A stretch of DNA of 64,000 nucleotides from an uncultured virus (IMG/VR IMGVR_UViG_2897109615_000002) (IMGVR_UViG_2897109615_000002:1-64000), one strand, 5' to 3'; positions 10,108-20,967 are shown, counted from the first letter of the stretch. A program made the numbers and translations. Notes: generated from the sequence alone by a model not told the origin.

Positions 10108-10650
10108 ACGGGCTCTTACCTCTAAATGAAGCTTACCTTGTTTTACGTACCATTGCGTCTCATATACACAAGGTGTTAAGGACATTGAGTCTAATTCATC
10201 AGGATTCCAAAGCGTTGTAATATGTCTGCGTGATGATGGATTATTTTTCAACTGATGAAGAAGATAATCAACCTGGTCAACCTTTTCACCGTTTAGCATT
10301 CTGTTCTTCTTACCAAGCTGATAGCCATATGCATTGCCGATTGTACCATCATCTTGTTTCCATTGATCCCAGATATGTACACCCATCTTGTTTAATTCGT
10401 TAACATCATTTGATTTAAGCTGCCATATCCAAAGCAATTCTCTGATTGACGTTTTCCAGGCAACTTTTTTAGTCGTTAAAATCGGTACTTCTGAATTATC
10501 AAAACGCATTTGCTTGCTGATTACACTCAATGTATGTGCTGGTGTTCCATCAGTATCCCATTTGGTTCTGACATCGAATTCTTCGTCTGATACCCCATTA
10601 TTAATAATGTCATTTATGATTGTGTTGTACTGCATATCAAATTGACTCAT
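10108..10650 (-). CDS. thyA: thymidylate synthase, exon 1
   Basis: PILTTKKV, ELLW, YGYQ, PSSRR and LTPC motifs. Confidence 0.95.
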
Positions 10651-10664
10651 ATTTGTATTCTCCT

Positions 10665-11083
10665 TTATCTAAACCAACTGATAATAAAGTTAATCACGAA
10701 GACAATATTACCGCAAACAAACAACATGTACACGAACTTGTTTTGTTTATTGTTTGAGTCACCGTCCAAAACATCAAGAATTTTAAACATTGTTAAACCG
10801 GTATAAATTAAAGCAAAAGCTGTCCAAGCTAACATTAGCAAGTTACCGTGCGTGATCAGTCCAATAGTAGCCAAGGGGATAATGAACGAAATCCCCTTGA
10901 ACAATGTAATGGCATATACTAAGTTCTTATTTTTCTTCAGTTCTTTATACGGTGAATTTGAAAGAAAATGCGCAACTTTAGCGTATACGTTCTGTTCTCC
11001 TCGTGTAATTAATCTAATTTCATTAATGTTTAATGCAAATAAGTATGCTGCAAGTAATAACGTAAAGTATGTAATTCTAATAC
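10665..11083 (-). CDS. membrane protein (start approximate)
   Basis: Hydrophobic ORF; an AGGAG-ATG upstream near 11083 suggests a longer or broken gene. Confidence 0.4.
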
Positions 11084-11121
11084 ATCTCCTTATTTTATTT
11101 TTATCCTATAAATAACTAAAA

Positions 11122-11421
11122 CTAATCAAACAACTCTCCAGCTCTCTTCATCTCTTTGATGTCTTCATTAACACTTTCTTTGATTGTGTGAGGCAACTGA
11201 TCAATTCCCCGTTGAATTCTTTTCTGACCTGTATTTCTTATTTGTAATGTTAGTTCTTTAAAGACCTCCATTGCTTCGTCGGATATAAAATAAAACTGCT
11301 CCTGAATCTTAGCTAATAAGCTTATATGTTCCTCTTCATCCTCGCTGAATAATTGGAGGCCTTGTTTAAGATTTTCTATTTCTTTTAGATGGGCTTTTAT
11401 TTTCTCTATGTGTTTATCCAT
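11122..11421 (-). CDS. coiled-coil hypothetical protein
   Basis: ORF, likely start MDKHIE. Confidence 0.55.
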   Translation of the reverse strand: MDKHIEKIKAHLKEIENLKQGLQLFSEDEEEHISLLAKIQEQFYFISDEAMEVFKELTLQIRNTGQKRIQRGIDQLPHTIKESVNEDIKEMKRAGELFD

Positions 11422-11680
11422 GATTGCTAAACCTTTCAACAATTTCTAAAACTTCAGCGAGCTTATCTGTTAGCTGTCTTCCCAGGTCTGTTTTTTGTTT
11501 CTGATCGAGTTTGTTCATTTTTCCTTTGCCATTAAGAAGCTCTCTTTTTTCCTCCAAAATTCCAATTTCAATTTTAATCAGTTCTCTATAAGCTTCGCTT
11601 TCTTTAGGAAAGAGCCCAGAGACAACTTTCATAGCCTGTAGTCCTTTGTTTAATTTATAATAACGATAAATATTTTCCAT
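11414..11680 (-). CDS. hypothetical protein
   Basis: 88-aa ORF, AAGGGG RBS. Confidence 0.6.
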   Translation of the reverse strand: MENIYRYYKLNKGLQAMKVVSGLFPKESEAYRELIKIEIGILEEKRELLNGKGKMNKLDQKQKTDLGRQLTDKLAEVLEIVERFSNHG

Positions 11681-11737
11681 ATCTTTGCCCCTTTTTGTTT
11701 AATTTGATTCTGTCTCATATAATCAATGGAATTTTTT

Positions 11738-12136
11738 CTAAAACACATAGTTGCACACAACTGGGATTGAGACTGCTGTTTTCTGCTTAGCTCTATAAAA
11801 ATCATTCACCACCTCAATGTCACCAACTACATAGCTAATGTCTTTAAGTTCTTCGATTTCTTTATCAACTGGAAAAGTGTTTGGACAATATGTTTTTCGA
11901 TTTATCAATTTAATTAGAGCTTCTTCAATGGTTTGAATTTCAAATAACAGAGTCCCATCATGTGTGCTATTTGCAGTCAGTTTATAATCAAATTCTTCGT
12001 TAACACTTTTATCATAAGACACATGCCCAAGCTTAAGATTCTTTAAGTCTCCATGATAATCATCTAAATAACCGCTTCTTTTAAAAAAGAAGGCAATCTG
12101 TTCATTTGGATTTAAGTATTCAGTTCTTTTGCTCAT
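11738..12136 (-). CDS. hypothetical protein
   Basis: 132-aa ORF with RBS. Confidence 0.65.
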   Translation of the reverse strand: MSKRTEYLNPNEQIAFFFKRSGYLDDYHGDLKNLKLGHVSYDKSVNEEFDYKLTANSTHDGTLLFEIQTIEEALIKLINRKTYCPNTFPVDKEIEELKDISYVVGDIEVVNDFYRAKQKTAVSIPVVCNYVF

Positions 12137-12346
12137 GGCTTCCCCTTCCTAAATTTTAGATAAAAGTCTTCTTTTATAGAGATGTACATTCCATCAACAT
12201 CCCTGTTATCAACGTCTTATTTTAAAACCTTTTCATGAAACAACCGCCTTGTTGGGCATAATTGTCGAGCTTTTTGAGTATTTTAAGTTGTACCCTGGCT
12301 GAGACTCTCCACTGGACAAACATTATGATCAAAGCCAGGGCCTGTA

Positions 12347-12775
12347 TTACTTAGTTCCAGTCGATCCGTGACCACCTCGATCGTCATTGCCTAGATGATC
12401 TACCTCAATCAATTCAACTGCAGGCATCTTCTTCATGATTCTGAACTGACAGATACGTTCCCCTTTTTTAATTACTGTATCCCGTAATGCATAAGCCGGA
12501 AAGAACCATAAATCATTGTCTCCCTTGTACGACTCATCAATAACACCCATTGAGTTTGTTTCAATGATGCCAAAGTTTTTAAATGTACTTGAACGCGGAA
12601 CAACATGAGCCTCATATCCTTCCGGTAGCTCCATTGCTACTCCTAAAGGGATAAGTTTAAATTCGTCCTTTTTGATTGCTACATCTTCAGCTGCTCGAAG
12701 ATCAATCCAATCCCCTTGCTCAATTTTGTTGATTCTTGTTTGTGTCTCATCTAAGTATTTGATTCTAATTTGCAT
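12347..12775 (-). CDS. yosS: trimeric dUTPase
   Basis: [17 protein letters not shown] and RGGHGSTG motifs. Confidence 0.95.
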   Translation of the reverse strand: MQIRIKYLDETQTRINKIEQGDWIDLRAAEDVAIKKDEFKLIPLGVAMELPEGYEAHVVPRSSTFKNFGIIETNSMGVIDESYKGDNDLWFFPAYALRDTVIKKGERICQFRIMKKMPAVELIEVDHLGNDDRGGHGSTGTK

Positions 12776-12826
12776 TATGTGTTAGCTCCTTTAATTTTAG
12801 TTTGTTTAAACTTACCCGTTTATTGA

Positions 12827-13333
12827 CTATTCAAGGTCAACTTTATATTCCTGGGTAACCGTATGCTCCGGTAAAAAGAAATCGTATGAGCTATCCTTAA
12901 AAGGCGGAGATTCCCCAAACATGAACCTTACAAATTTATTCGTATATTCATAACGATACTTTTTCACATATGGAGTTTTATAGTTTCCTTCTTTTACTCT
13001 AGAAGTTTCTGCTTTAACTTTATGTACTGACTTAAACCCTTCTTTTTCTATTACGAAATACAAATATTGTGTATCGTCGATGATCCCTGAACCCAGTACA
13101 AATTTTCCACTGACATTAATGTTGTCTTTGATTGAATAAACACTTACCTTTTCTTCTAATACTGCGTGGTTATCAAAGGGGAAAAACACTGCAATAAGTC
13201 CAGCAACAATTAGTACAACAACTGCAGCAACGAATCCACAGATTACAGATAAAATCAATTCCCCGTATGTATCTATTAAAACGGCTATTGCTGTTATAAC
13301 AAACACAATTCCAGCCAATATCAATAATCCCAT
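12827..13333 (-). CDS. membrane protein
   Basis: Two N-terminal TM segments; GKFVLGSG motif. Confidence 0.7.
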   Translation of the reverse strand: MGLLILAGIVFVITAIAVLIDTYGELILSVICGFVAAVVVLIVAGLIAVFFPFDNHAVLEEKVSVYSIKDNINVSGKFVLGSGIIDDTQYLYFVIEKEGFKSVHKVKAETSRVKEGNYKTPYVKKYRYEYTNKFVRFMFGESPPFKDSSYDFFLPEHTVTQEYKVDLE

Positions 13334-13581
13334 TATTGCCCCCTTAAATCATTTATCAAGGCGTCTAATTCATCAGGTTTAAAACCAATACTTCGGTTTA
13401 CTTCCTCCTCTTGTTCATTAAGCAAGATAGTTACCGGCACACCCATTACCTCAAATTGCGCCGCCACTTCTGGTTCCTGTGTAACGTCAACTGTCTCATA
13501 TTCAACTCCTACTTCATTTAAATAATTGGATACCATTTTGCAGGGATTACAATTGGGTTGCTCTAATTTAATAATCTTCAT
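13333..13581 (-). CDS. yosR: thioredoxin/NrdH-like redoxin
   Basis: CNPC active site, GVP, GF.PDEL; directly after nrdF. Confidence 0.9.
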   Translation of the reverse strand: MKIIKLEQPNCNPCKMVSNYLNEVGVEYETVDVTQEPEVAAQFEVMGVPVTILLNEQEEEVNRSIGFKPDELDALINDLRGQ

Positions 13582-13986
13582 GAAATTGCTCCTTTGTTAT
13601 CAAAAATGAAATCAGAATCCTTTAATGGTTCAACGGTTGCTTTTTTATAACCATTCCCCTTTTGGCTAAAGAAGTCATGTGACTTGGTCTTTGTGCTCAA
13701 TCCATTAATAACAATTGGATTAACATCCTCTTCTTCAAACCAATGATCAAAGCCCAGATTGTTTAATGCTTTATTTGCGTTGTATCTGATGAATTTCTTT
13801 ACATCTGGAGCTAAACCAACCTGATCATAAACATCTTCTGTATACTCCAATTCATTTTCATAAAGCTCTTGTAGCAAGCTTAAAGCCCATTCATACATTT
13901 CTTTTTGCTTCTGAGGCGTTTGTTTCTTATATATCTCTTGAGCTAATAAACCGATGTATACGCCGTGTAGCGCCTCGTCTCTAATA
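13578..13986 (-). CDS. nrdF: ribonucleotide reductase beta subunit, exon 2
   Basis: T-ATT-AGA-GAC-GAG restores [20 protein letters not shown] tail. Confidence 0.93.
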
Positions 13987-14793
13987 CCTTTAGTTCAACC
14001 GAGTTCGCTACTCTCGGCTCGTTGCCCTGTCGCAACCGCCTTACGTTACCGTAAGGAGCAGACTATATCATCATCCCTGTAGGATGCCTCCCGTTTCGAT
14101 TTAAGGGGCTCTCACCCACGCCAATAGCTTGCGCCCTACTCGTTTTGCGGAATTTCGCCGCCTATGCGATAGTCGTTGAACGTTCTATGCGATCCCATAA
14201 AGTCTTCCATCTTCTTTTATGTCGAATCAGACTAACGTAACGGGGATGAAGGCTGTATTTTTCACCAGCTTCAACATTGTTCATTCCAGCAAGCAAATCA
14301 TAGATTAAATTTGTTGCCTCTGAGTCTGTGAGTTTTGACATTGAATTACTTTCTCCAGGTTGTCCTGACATTAATCCAATTTTCATTGCATGTAGAGTAT
14401 TTTCTTTAGGTGTAACTATCTCTAAGTTCCGAACGTGATTGTTTAGTTTATTTCCATCTATGTGGTTTACAAACATTCCTTTTGGTATTTCATGAATAAA
14501 ATATTTTGCGACTAACCTATGTACTAAAAAGTTCTGTGTTCCTTTATTCGGATGCGTGTATCCTATCATTTCATAGCCATGTGGAGTAATAAATGTCTTT
14601 CTTGGTTTCTTTAATTTTTTTGATATGATAACTCCCGTTTCCGTTATCCACCAAGGTGCTTCTTCGACTTCTTTCCTTATCATTTTCACCTCCTTTGGGT
14701 TCGCATAGCTTCGCTGCTGATTGTCCTAAAAGGATTTTCCAGCAATTAGAGAGGTTCACATTTGCCGTTGCCGACAAAAGGGACTATTAAATA
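13987..14793 (-). mobile_element. group I intron in nrdF (~807 nt) carrying an HNH endonuclease
   Basis: 5' exon ends in U and intron ends in G; AAUUGCUGGAAA, AAUCAGCAG, UCAACGACUA and AUGAUAUAGUC elements. Confidence 0.92.
14162..14683 (-). CDS. yosQ: intron-encoded HNH homing endonuclease
   Basis: [18 protein letters not shown]...NLE...EN..H. Confidence 0.9.
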   Translation of the reverse strand: MIRKEVEEAPWWITETGVIISKKLKKPRKTFITPHGYEMIGYTHPNKGTQNFLVHRLVAKYFIHEIPKGMFVNHIDGNKLNNHVRNLEIVTPKENTLHAMKIGLMSGQPGESNSMSKLTDSEATNLIYDLLAGMNNVEAGEKYSLHPRYVSLIRHKRRWKTLWDRIERSTTIA

Positions 14794-15371
14794 ATCAGGT
14801 TAATAATCTCTCCACTCTGCATGAGCTTCCCTTGTCCATAAAAGTAAAGTGGATAATAAAACCCTGAGTAAAACAAGAAGCTCTCCAGAAACACAGATGC
14901 AACCATTGCTTTGAATAAGGAAATATCATCGTTTTTCTGAACCGCTTCATAAATCGAAACAATTGTTTTTGCTTTCTTTTGAAGAAACCTATTGTTTTTC
15001 ACCCATTCGAAGACTTCATTGATCTTCTCGGTTGGAGCCAAAGTTAGAAAGATGTTGCTGTAAGATTTTGCGTGCACCGCGTTTTCCATCATCGCCATGA
15101 AATTAAGAACCGCTTTTCGCTGATGGCCTTCTACGTGCTCGGCCACAATCGGCATTCCCGTGTTCCCCTGCTCTGTATCAAGCAGTGTCAGGCCGGCGAG
15201 AACCTTCATGTACGTATCCTGTTCGTTTTTACCCAAATACTTCCAAGTGAGGAGATCGCCGTTTAATGCGATCTCTTCCGGAAGCCAAAACTGCTTTACG
15301 TTTTGGTTGTAAAACATTTGGGTGAAATCATCTTCATGCTTTGACCAGTTTGCTGCTGTGTAATTTGTCAA
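14794..15371 (-). CDS. nrdF: ribonucleotide reductase beta subunit, exon 1
   Basis: [24 protein letters not shown] and [10 protein letters not shown] motifs; TTG start after AGGAGG. Confidence 0.95.
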
Positions 15372-15382
15372 TTTTGTTCCTC

Positions 15383-15898
15383 CTAAATAATCCAATACTT
15401 CTCCTCTGCTTCTTTTCTTACTCTGGCAGCATCGGATTTATTGCTGAAATAACCTAAGTATATCGTTTTTCGATTTGCGTCTATCCTCGCTTCCCACATT
15501 TGCCTATTGCTATTCCAATAGACACCCCTATGTCCACTAGTGTTGTTTGAAGGAACTCTTCTGTTTTGGCTATTTTCAGATGCTGATACAATACGTAAAG
15601 CCCATCGACAATTATCTAAAGTATCTCGTAACATATGGTCAACTTGCGTTTTTGGATCAGTCACTCCCATCAACCATCTGTGAAGTCTAACCTTTTTCCA
15701 AACACCATCTTTCACTTTTTTGTTTCCTCTCACATAAAAGTTTTTAATGCAAGAATCCCAACTAACGCACCACCAACCTTCAATTTCTTGGGCTTTTGGT
15801 AAATCTTCTGTAGCAATTATTGTTTCTATCAATCCAAATTTTTCACTCTCAATAAATATGGCTGTAGTGTCGCCTCTGATTTCATATTTGTTTTTTAT
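15383..15898 (-). CDS. free-standing HNH-AP2 homing endonuclease (171 aa, ATA start)
   Basis: RLHR...VDH...LDN...LR...EN plus AP2 (TSGHRGVYW...LGYF); frame open to ATA 8 nt after AGGAGGT. Confidence 0.85.
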   Translation of the reverse strand: MKNKYEIRGDTTAIFIESEKFGLIETIIATEDLPKAQEIEGWWCVSWDSCIKNFYVRGNKKVKDGVWKKVRLHRWLMGVTDPKTQVDHMLRDTLDNCRWALRIVSASENSQNRRVPSNNTSGHRGVYWNSNRQMWEARIDANRKTIYLGYFSNKSDAARVRKEAEEKYWII

Positions 15899-15911
15899 AG
15901 AATCTGACCTC

Positions 15912-16868
15912 CTACACTACACAACTAAGGCAACCCTCTTGTGTTGTATCCTTCGTTCGAGCATAATACAGCGTCTTAATTCCTTTGTAATGCGCATATA
16001 AGTCAATCCGGTTTAAATCTCTTGTCGTCATCGTATCCTTCAAGAACAGCGTAAACGAAATGCCTTGATCGACGTGCTGCTGAATAGTTGCGATCATATC
16101 GACGACTTTAAACATATCCATGTCGTATGCTTCCTTATAAAAGAACCAATTCTGAGCCGATAAACCTGGCATTGGATAATATGTCTTACTGTTTCCGTAT
16201 GTACGTTCCTCGATTCTCTCCATAATAGGCATTACACCGGCCGTAGATGATTGAACATATGAGATGCTTCCAGTAGGTGCAACAGCTTGCCTGTATGAAT
16301 GATACAAGCCATATTTCATAACATTCTCTTTAAGCTTCATCCAATCTTCAATGTTAGGAATATGTTGATCTCCAAACAGGTTTTTAACCTTTTCATATTT
16401 AGGGCTATAATCATTTGTTACGTACTTATCAAAATACGCGCCTGATTTGTAGGTTGATCCATCAAACTTGTAGTACGTCTCCCCTGTTTCTCTTGCAATT
16501 TCCATTGAACGCTGCAGGGAGTAAAAGTTAACCATCATAAAGTATGTATTTGCAAAGTCTTTTGCTTCTTCACTTTCATAAGCAATTTTATTTTGAGCTA
16601 GAAAACCGTGCAGGTTCATCTGCCCTAGACCAATTGATCGCATTAGTGTATTTGCTCTCGCAACGGCTGGGGCATTTACAATGTTTGTTTTCCTTGTGAC
16701 AGTTGTCAGTGAGTCAATTGCTATTCTGACCGTTGAAGCAATTGATTGGTTACTCATTACATTTACAATGTTCATGGATCCAAGATTACATGAGATATCT
16801 AATCCAATTTCATCTTCCTGATCGTAATCTGTATAAACTGACACTTGTGATGCTTGGAGTACTTCTGA
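15912..16868 (-). CDS. nrdE: ribonucleotide reductase alpha subunit, exon 3
   Basis: SEVLQ..., SCNLGS, APTGSIS, TLYY and C-terminal CLSC. Confidence 0.95.
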   Translation of the reverse strand, partial: SEVLQASQVSVYTDYDQEDEIGLDISCNLGSMNIVNVMSNQSIASTVRIAIDSLTTVTRKTNIVNAPAVARANTLMRSIGLGQMNLHGFLAQNKIAYESEEAKDFANTYFMMVNFYSLQRSMEIARETGETYYKFDGSTYKSGAYFDKYVTNDYSPKYEKVKNLFGDQHIPNIEDWMKLKENVMKYGLYHSYRQAVAPTGSISYVQSSTAGVMPIMERIEERTYGNSKTYYPMPGLSAQNWFFYKEAYDMDMFKVVDMIATIQQHVDQGISFTLFLKDTMTTRDLNRIDLYAHYKGIKTLYYARTKDTTQEGCLSCVV

Positions 16869-17148
16869 CTTTAATATTCAACGAAAGGCGCAACACTCTC
16901 GTCCGTTCTCTTATGAACTGCTTACGATCACTCGTAAGAATAGACTATATCATCGACCTATAAGGCCGCCCGCCGTTTCCATCGCCATATGCTTGCGATG
17001 TACTCTACTCCCTTACGCGTATGCGTGGTTTCGATAGTCGTTCGGCATTTCCGCAAGGTGCGGTTTAGCACGGTATTGTCTATTGAATAGAGTTTCACCG
17101 TTTAGGCGGGTTTGCTACGGCCATTGCTGACCGAAGGTGCTACAGTTA
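16869..17148 (-). mobile_element. ORF-less group I intron 2 in nrdE (~280 nt)
   Basis: Splits SNLC|SEVLQ; exon ends in U and intron ends in G; AAACGGUGAAA, AAUACCGUG, CCGAACGACUA and AUGAUAUAGUC elements. Confidence 0.9.
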
Positions 17149-17571
17149 ACACAAATTAGAAAACTTCACTTTTGAAATATGTTCATTCGGATGCACTTTA
17201 TTTACATTGTCAGCAAACATGATATAAGGATAACCAGATTCGCTTCTTAGAATGGCCAATTGCTCTAACAGCTTTCGAGCATTGCCCTTTGTTTTCCTAA
17301 CTTTAGGGTTTTCAACAAGCTCATCATACATTTTATTGATGTCCATCTCATCAAGATACTGCCCATATTCTTTGTAAACTGAATGAGGATAGAACATGTA
17401 AAAATCCTTATCTTCCCTTGCCAATTCAATGAATTTATCAGGAAGTACTACACCAATGGAGAGTGTTTTAACCCGGACATCTTCATCTGCTGAGATTTTT
17501 TTGGTATCCAGGAAGTCTGTAATGTCTGGGTGGAATACACTTAGATAAGCTGCTCCTGATCCTTGTCTTTG
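17149..17571 (-). CDS. nrdE: ribonucleotide reductase alpha subunit, exon 2
   Basis: QRQGSGAAYLSVFHPDI...ESGYPY...FSNLC. Confidence 0.95.
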
Positions 17572-17824
17572 CAGACCATTCAGACGTGTTCGCTAAGCAC
17601 GTCCCGCCATATGGCTGCTTCATGTTACCATGAAGGTTAGACTATATCTTCACCCACTAAGGGTGCCTCCTGTTTCGACTGCCAATAGCTTGCAGCCTAC
17701 GCCTTTCGGCTAGTCGTTGCACGTTCAAGACTTTAGTCTAGCTTCGCTCATGATTGTCCTTGTAGGAGTTCCCATGAATTAAAGAGGTTTTCGATCGCCA
17801 TTTCTGACGAAAGGGGCCAAATCA
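17572..17824 (-). mobile_element. ORF-less group I intron 1 in nrdE (~253 nt)
   Basis: Splits DQMG|QRQG; U/G splice rule holds; AAUUCAUGGGAA, AAUCAUGAG, GCAACGACUA and AAGAUAUAGUC elements. Confidence 0.9.
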
Positions 17825-18544
17825 ACCCATTTGATCGGCATATCTAAAAGCATTATCCAATAGCTTCATAACACCTACGACGCCTTTTGTGGCGTTTTCC
17901 ACATCTTTAATCGCTTCACCTTTGGCTCTTAATTTGTTTAGATTAAGCGCTACGCCACCGCCCACTTTAGACAGCTGCATGGAAATATCAATCGCTCTTG
18001 AAATGTCATTTAAACTGTCTCCCACTTCAAGCAAGAAACAGCTCACCATTTCGCCTCTTCGCTTACGCCCTGCATTTAGGAAAGTAGGTGTTGCCGGCTG
18101 ATACTCTTGTTTCAACATGGCGTGTACTTCCTCAATAGCCTTTTCATAATCACCTTCTGCACAATACAAAGCTACAATTGACACACGATCCTCATATCTC
18201 TCCAGGATCTTTGTTTTGTCGTTTGTCTTCAATGCATAGTCATTGTAGAACTTAAAGGCACTCATGAAAGAAGGGAATCTGAATTTGTAACTGTAAGCAA
18301 TTTTATAAATTGATTTAATCTGTTCAAATGTGTATTTACTTAAGAATTCTTCTTCGTAATAATCGTTTTTAATCAGGTAATCCAGTTTTTCTTTTAAGTC
18401 ATGGAAAAAGACTGTGTTTTGATTAATGTAATCAACAAAGTAACTGTGTACGGCCTCCTTATCCTTCTCAAATTGAAACTTCCCGTCTTTCTGAATCATG
18501 ATCTCATTATTGAGCTTGATCCACTTTGGTATGGTGTTTGTCAA
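17825..18544 (-). CDS. nrdE: ribonucleotide reductase alpha subunit, exon 1
   Basis: PATPTFLNAG, VSCFLL and GGGVA motifs; TTG start after AGGAGG; spliced product 699 aa. Confidence 0.95.
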
Positions 18545-18902
18545 TAAGTTGTACCTCCTGATTAATCTTCTGCAAATCTTGTTTTGTTCCACTTAGTTCA
18601 AACTTTAATAACAATGGTACGTGAAACATTGCTGAGAGTTTGTCACCAGCTAAACCATAGTTATCACCCCAAACCTTGTTACCACTCACAGCAACTCCTT
18701 TTATTTTATTTTTATTCTTAATAATAAAATTCAAAGTCCTTTCAGGCACTTCCCCAAAGCCTATCGTATATGTAATATGTATAAATTCTTCTTCAATGAT
18801 TAAGTCATCTGTAATTTCAATGACATCGAAGTTTAACTCCCTTTGTAAAGCTTGAGCAAACCTTTTCACGTTACCTGTCTTGCTTTCATATGTAATAATC
18901 AA
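18507..18902 (-). CDS. nrdI: class Ib RNR flavodoxin
   Basis: SKTGNVKRF, TYTIGFG, SGNKVWG and KFELSGT motifs. Confidence 0.93.
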   Translation of the reverse strand: MIITYESKTGNVKRFAQALQRELNFDVIEITDDLIIEEEFIHITYTIGFGEVPERTLNFIIKNKNKIKGVAVSGNKVWGDNYGLAGDKLSAMFHVPLLLKFELSGTKQDLQKINQEVQLIDKHHTKVDQAQ

Positions 18903-19249
18903 TACTCTTTATATTCCCCGTTAACTAAGCTGTTCGTGGTTGTTTCTGCTTCATTTTCAGCATGATGGAATGCTTCAGACATTTCTAAATTGATCTCGGC
19001 CATTTCAGCATAGCCTTTGGCCATTTGAGCTTCATAATCTGATAGCTTTGTCATTGGTACTGGAATGTAGTTATCCTTCTGCTCTTGTGTGATAACCATT
19101 TGATCCCCTTCAAGATTGGTCGCAATCAGCTCTCCTTTTAAAGCAGTGTATGAACCACCATTCTTCATATGTACTTGCGTATTTTCTTTTGCTTCATCCA
19201 TGGTTACAAAGTGACTGCGCTTAACGTATAACTGTTTAGCAGCTCCCAT
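18899..19249 (-). CDS. yosL: YosL, MazE-mimicking antitoxin
   Basis: C-terminal MAKGYAEMAEINLEMSE...AENEAETT resembles the B. subtilis MazE tail; position before nrdI. Confidence 0.8.
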   Translation of the reverse strand: MGAAKQLYVKRSHFVTMDEAKENTQVHMKNGGSYTALKGELIATNLEGDQMVITQEQKDNYIPVPMTKLSDYEAQMAKGYAEMAEINLEMSEAFHHAENEAETTTNSLVNGEYKEY

Positions 19250-19447
19250 TCCACAACTCCCTTTTCTCTATTTTTTGTTTTTATCTTTTTCGTGTCTTAC
19301 GTCCAACTCATCCATATCATTGAGAATATGGTTAATAACAACATCACTGAACTTACCGAATGCCTTATATCCAATTAACTTGCTTCTCAAATCTCTCCAC
19401 TTTCTTGCTGCACTCATTTTGCTTCCCCTTCCTTTGAAACTGTGATT

Positions 19448-19915
19448 TTATAGTAAATCTCCATCAGTAAGCAATACCATTTCTTCATCGCTTGTGATAT
19501 CTTTTAATACCTCTTTAAGTGGAACTAAATTTTTGTCTTCTCCAGGTGCTCTTCCATATCTCATAGCAGCATAAATCTCCCCAACTTCAGTCAATTCATT
19601 AGCTAAATCCCCTTCGTCATCAGCAGAATCCTTTGTATACAGTTCCATTGCCTTTTCTTTGGTATAAGCCTTAATTAACGCATAATAGGGGTCAAACACT
19701 TCATAATACTTCATAGTGGGTTTTTCAACTTCCAATTCCTCAACGTAATCACCTTTAATTTTTACGTCATCAACACCGTTTTCGAGCAAATGATCTACGA
19801 TGTCCTTGCCTAGCTGCTCTAACGCTGCCCCTTGAACAGATGGACTTTCATCATTAAATCCTTCATGAGAGTAACAAGTTGCTTTAATTTCAAATACAGC
19901 TGCTTTAATTTCCAT
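19448..19915 (-). CDS. hypothetical phage protein
   Basis: 155-aa ORF with RBS. Confidence 0.7.
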   Translation of the reverse strand: MEIKAAVFEIKATCYSHEGFNDESPSVQGAALEQLGKDIVDHLLENGVDDVKIKGDYVEELEVEKPTMKYYEVFDPYYALIKAYTKEKAMELYTKDSADDEGDLANELTEVGEIYAAMRYGRAPGEDKNLVPLKEVLKDITSDEEMVLLTDGDLL

Positions 19916-19928
19916 AATCTATTCTCCT

Positions 19929-20120
19929 CTAATCTATTTTTGTGAACCTGTCTATCTCTTTTCCATCAACAACAACTTTTCCGAAAAACATTTCTTTAGG
20001 TCTTGCCCACACAACACCATCCATATCATAGTAAACTGCAAGTTCCTCTTCTGTTTCTGTATGAATGGCTTCTCCAACGAGTTTATAGGTACCACCCTTA
20101 TAATGCTTGAAGTCGCACAT
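19929..20120 (-). CDS. DUF1653-like protein
   Basis: FKHYKGG.Y...HTET.E...WARP..MF...RF. Confidence 0.75.
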   Translation of the reverse strand: MCDFKHYKGGTYKLVGEAIHTETEEELAVYYDMDGVVWARPKEMFFGKVVVDGKEIDRFTKID

Positions 20121-20154
20121 GAGATGATCAAATATTTCTATTGAATTCTCCTCC

Positions 20155-20346
20155 TTAAGCTTCCTCTATATTTAACACAAGAACATTTTTAAATGGATCT
20201 AGTTGAATTTCATCGCTTGTTTCTTCGCCATTAATCCGAAATTCAACTCGTGTATCTCCGTTAAAATCAAGTTGATCTTGTAATGCTTTGATTACATCAC
20301 TTACTTTTGGTTTACTTAACTTTCCTTTAAACTCATCATATGCCAT
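20155..20346 (-). CDS. hypothetical protein
   Basis: 63-aa ORF, AGGAGG RBS. Confidence 0.65.
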   Translation of the reverse strand: MAYDEFKGKLSKPKVSDVIKALQDQLDFNGDTRVEFRINGEETSDEIQLDPFKNVLVLNIEEA

Positions 20347-20367
20347 TTAAAATTTCCTCCTTTATGT

Positions 20368-20730
20368 TTACATCTTCTTATCAAGAATATCTTTAATACT
20401 TTTTAAAGTTTCTTTATACTCACTATCTAAGCCACTTACATCAAGATTTGTTGAGATTCGATAACTTCCTGAGTTGTCATACATTATGATGAAAGCCTCA
20501 GTGTCGTCATCTTTAGCACTAAAAGTGATATCGTGAAGTTCAACCTGCTCTGCATCGTTCTCTTGTTTTAGTTGTTCAATATAATCAGGCTGCATCATGT
20601 TGAATAGCTCGTTAACTGTGGTGAATTTTACTTGTTCCAATATGCTATCCTCTTTATAATCAAATGAATGAAAATAAAGATTAAATGTTATGTAACCTTC
20701 TACTGAATTTCCATGCTTAGTGTATTGCAT
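20368..20730 (-). CDS. hypothetical protein
   Basis: 120-aa ORF, GAGGAGG RBS. Confidence 0.65.
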   Translation of the reverse strand: MQYTKHGNSVEGYITFNLYFHSFDYKEDSILEQVKFTTVNELFNMMQPDYIEQLKQENDAEQVELHDITFSAKDDDTEAFIIMYDNSGSYRISTNLDVSGLDSEYKETLKSIKDILDKKM

Positions 20731-20781
20731 CCTATCCTCCTCTTCTGATTTCTCTTTGAAATCATCCTTTTATTTTTATTC

Positions 20782-20967
20782 TTAAAGTAACTGCAAGTAA
20801 TCCAATGTCTTTTCTAATTTCATGTCTTCACACTTCTCAATGCATTCTTTCTTGATTGCTTCTCCGCATTCTTTATGTACCGGGAATTCCTTGTATTCTT
20901 TGTTGTCAGTTATTCTTATATAGTAAACGATGTCGCCAATGTGATCCTTGCATTTAACACACTCCAA
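20782..20967 (-). CDS. small Cys/His zinc-binding protein (YosB-like)
   Basis: CxxC...HxxC; first gene after a sigma-A promoter. Confidence 0.6.
   Translation of the reverse strand: MECVKCKDHIGDIVYYIRITDNKEYKEFPVHKECGEAIKKECIEKCEDMKLEKTLDYLQLL

Noticed and set aside
12293..12340. 8-bp stem ccctggct/agccaggg after the dUTPase gene as an sRNA
   Set aside because: Short stem with a large loop and no promoter evidence; could be a remnant
8691..18592. Fragmented thyA, nrdE and nrdF as pseudogenes
   Set aside because: The gaps have group I intron cores, and splicing restores full-length frames
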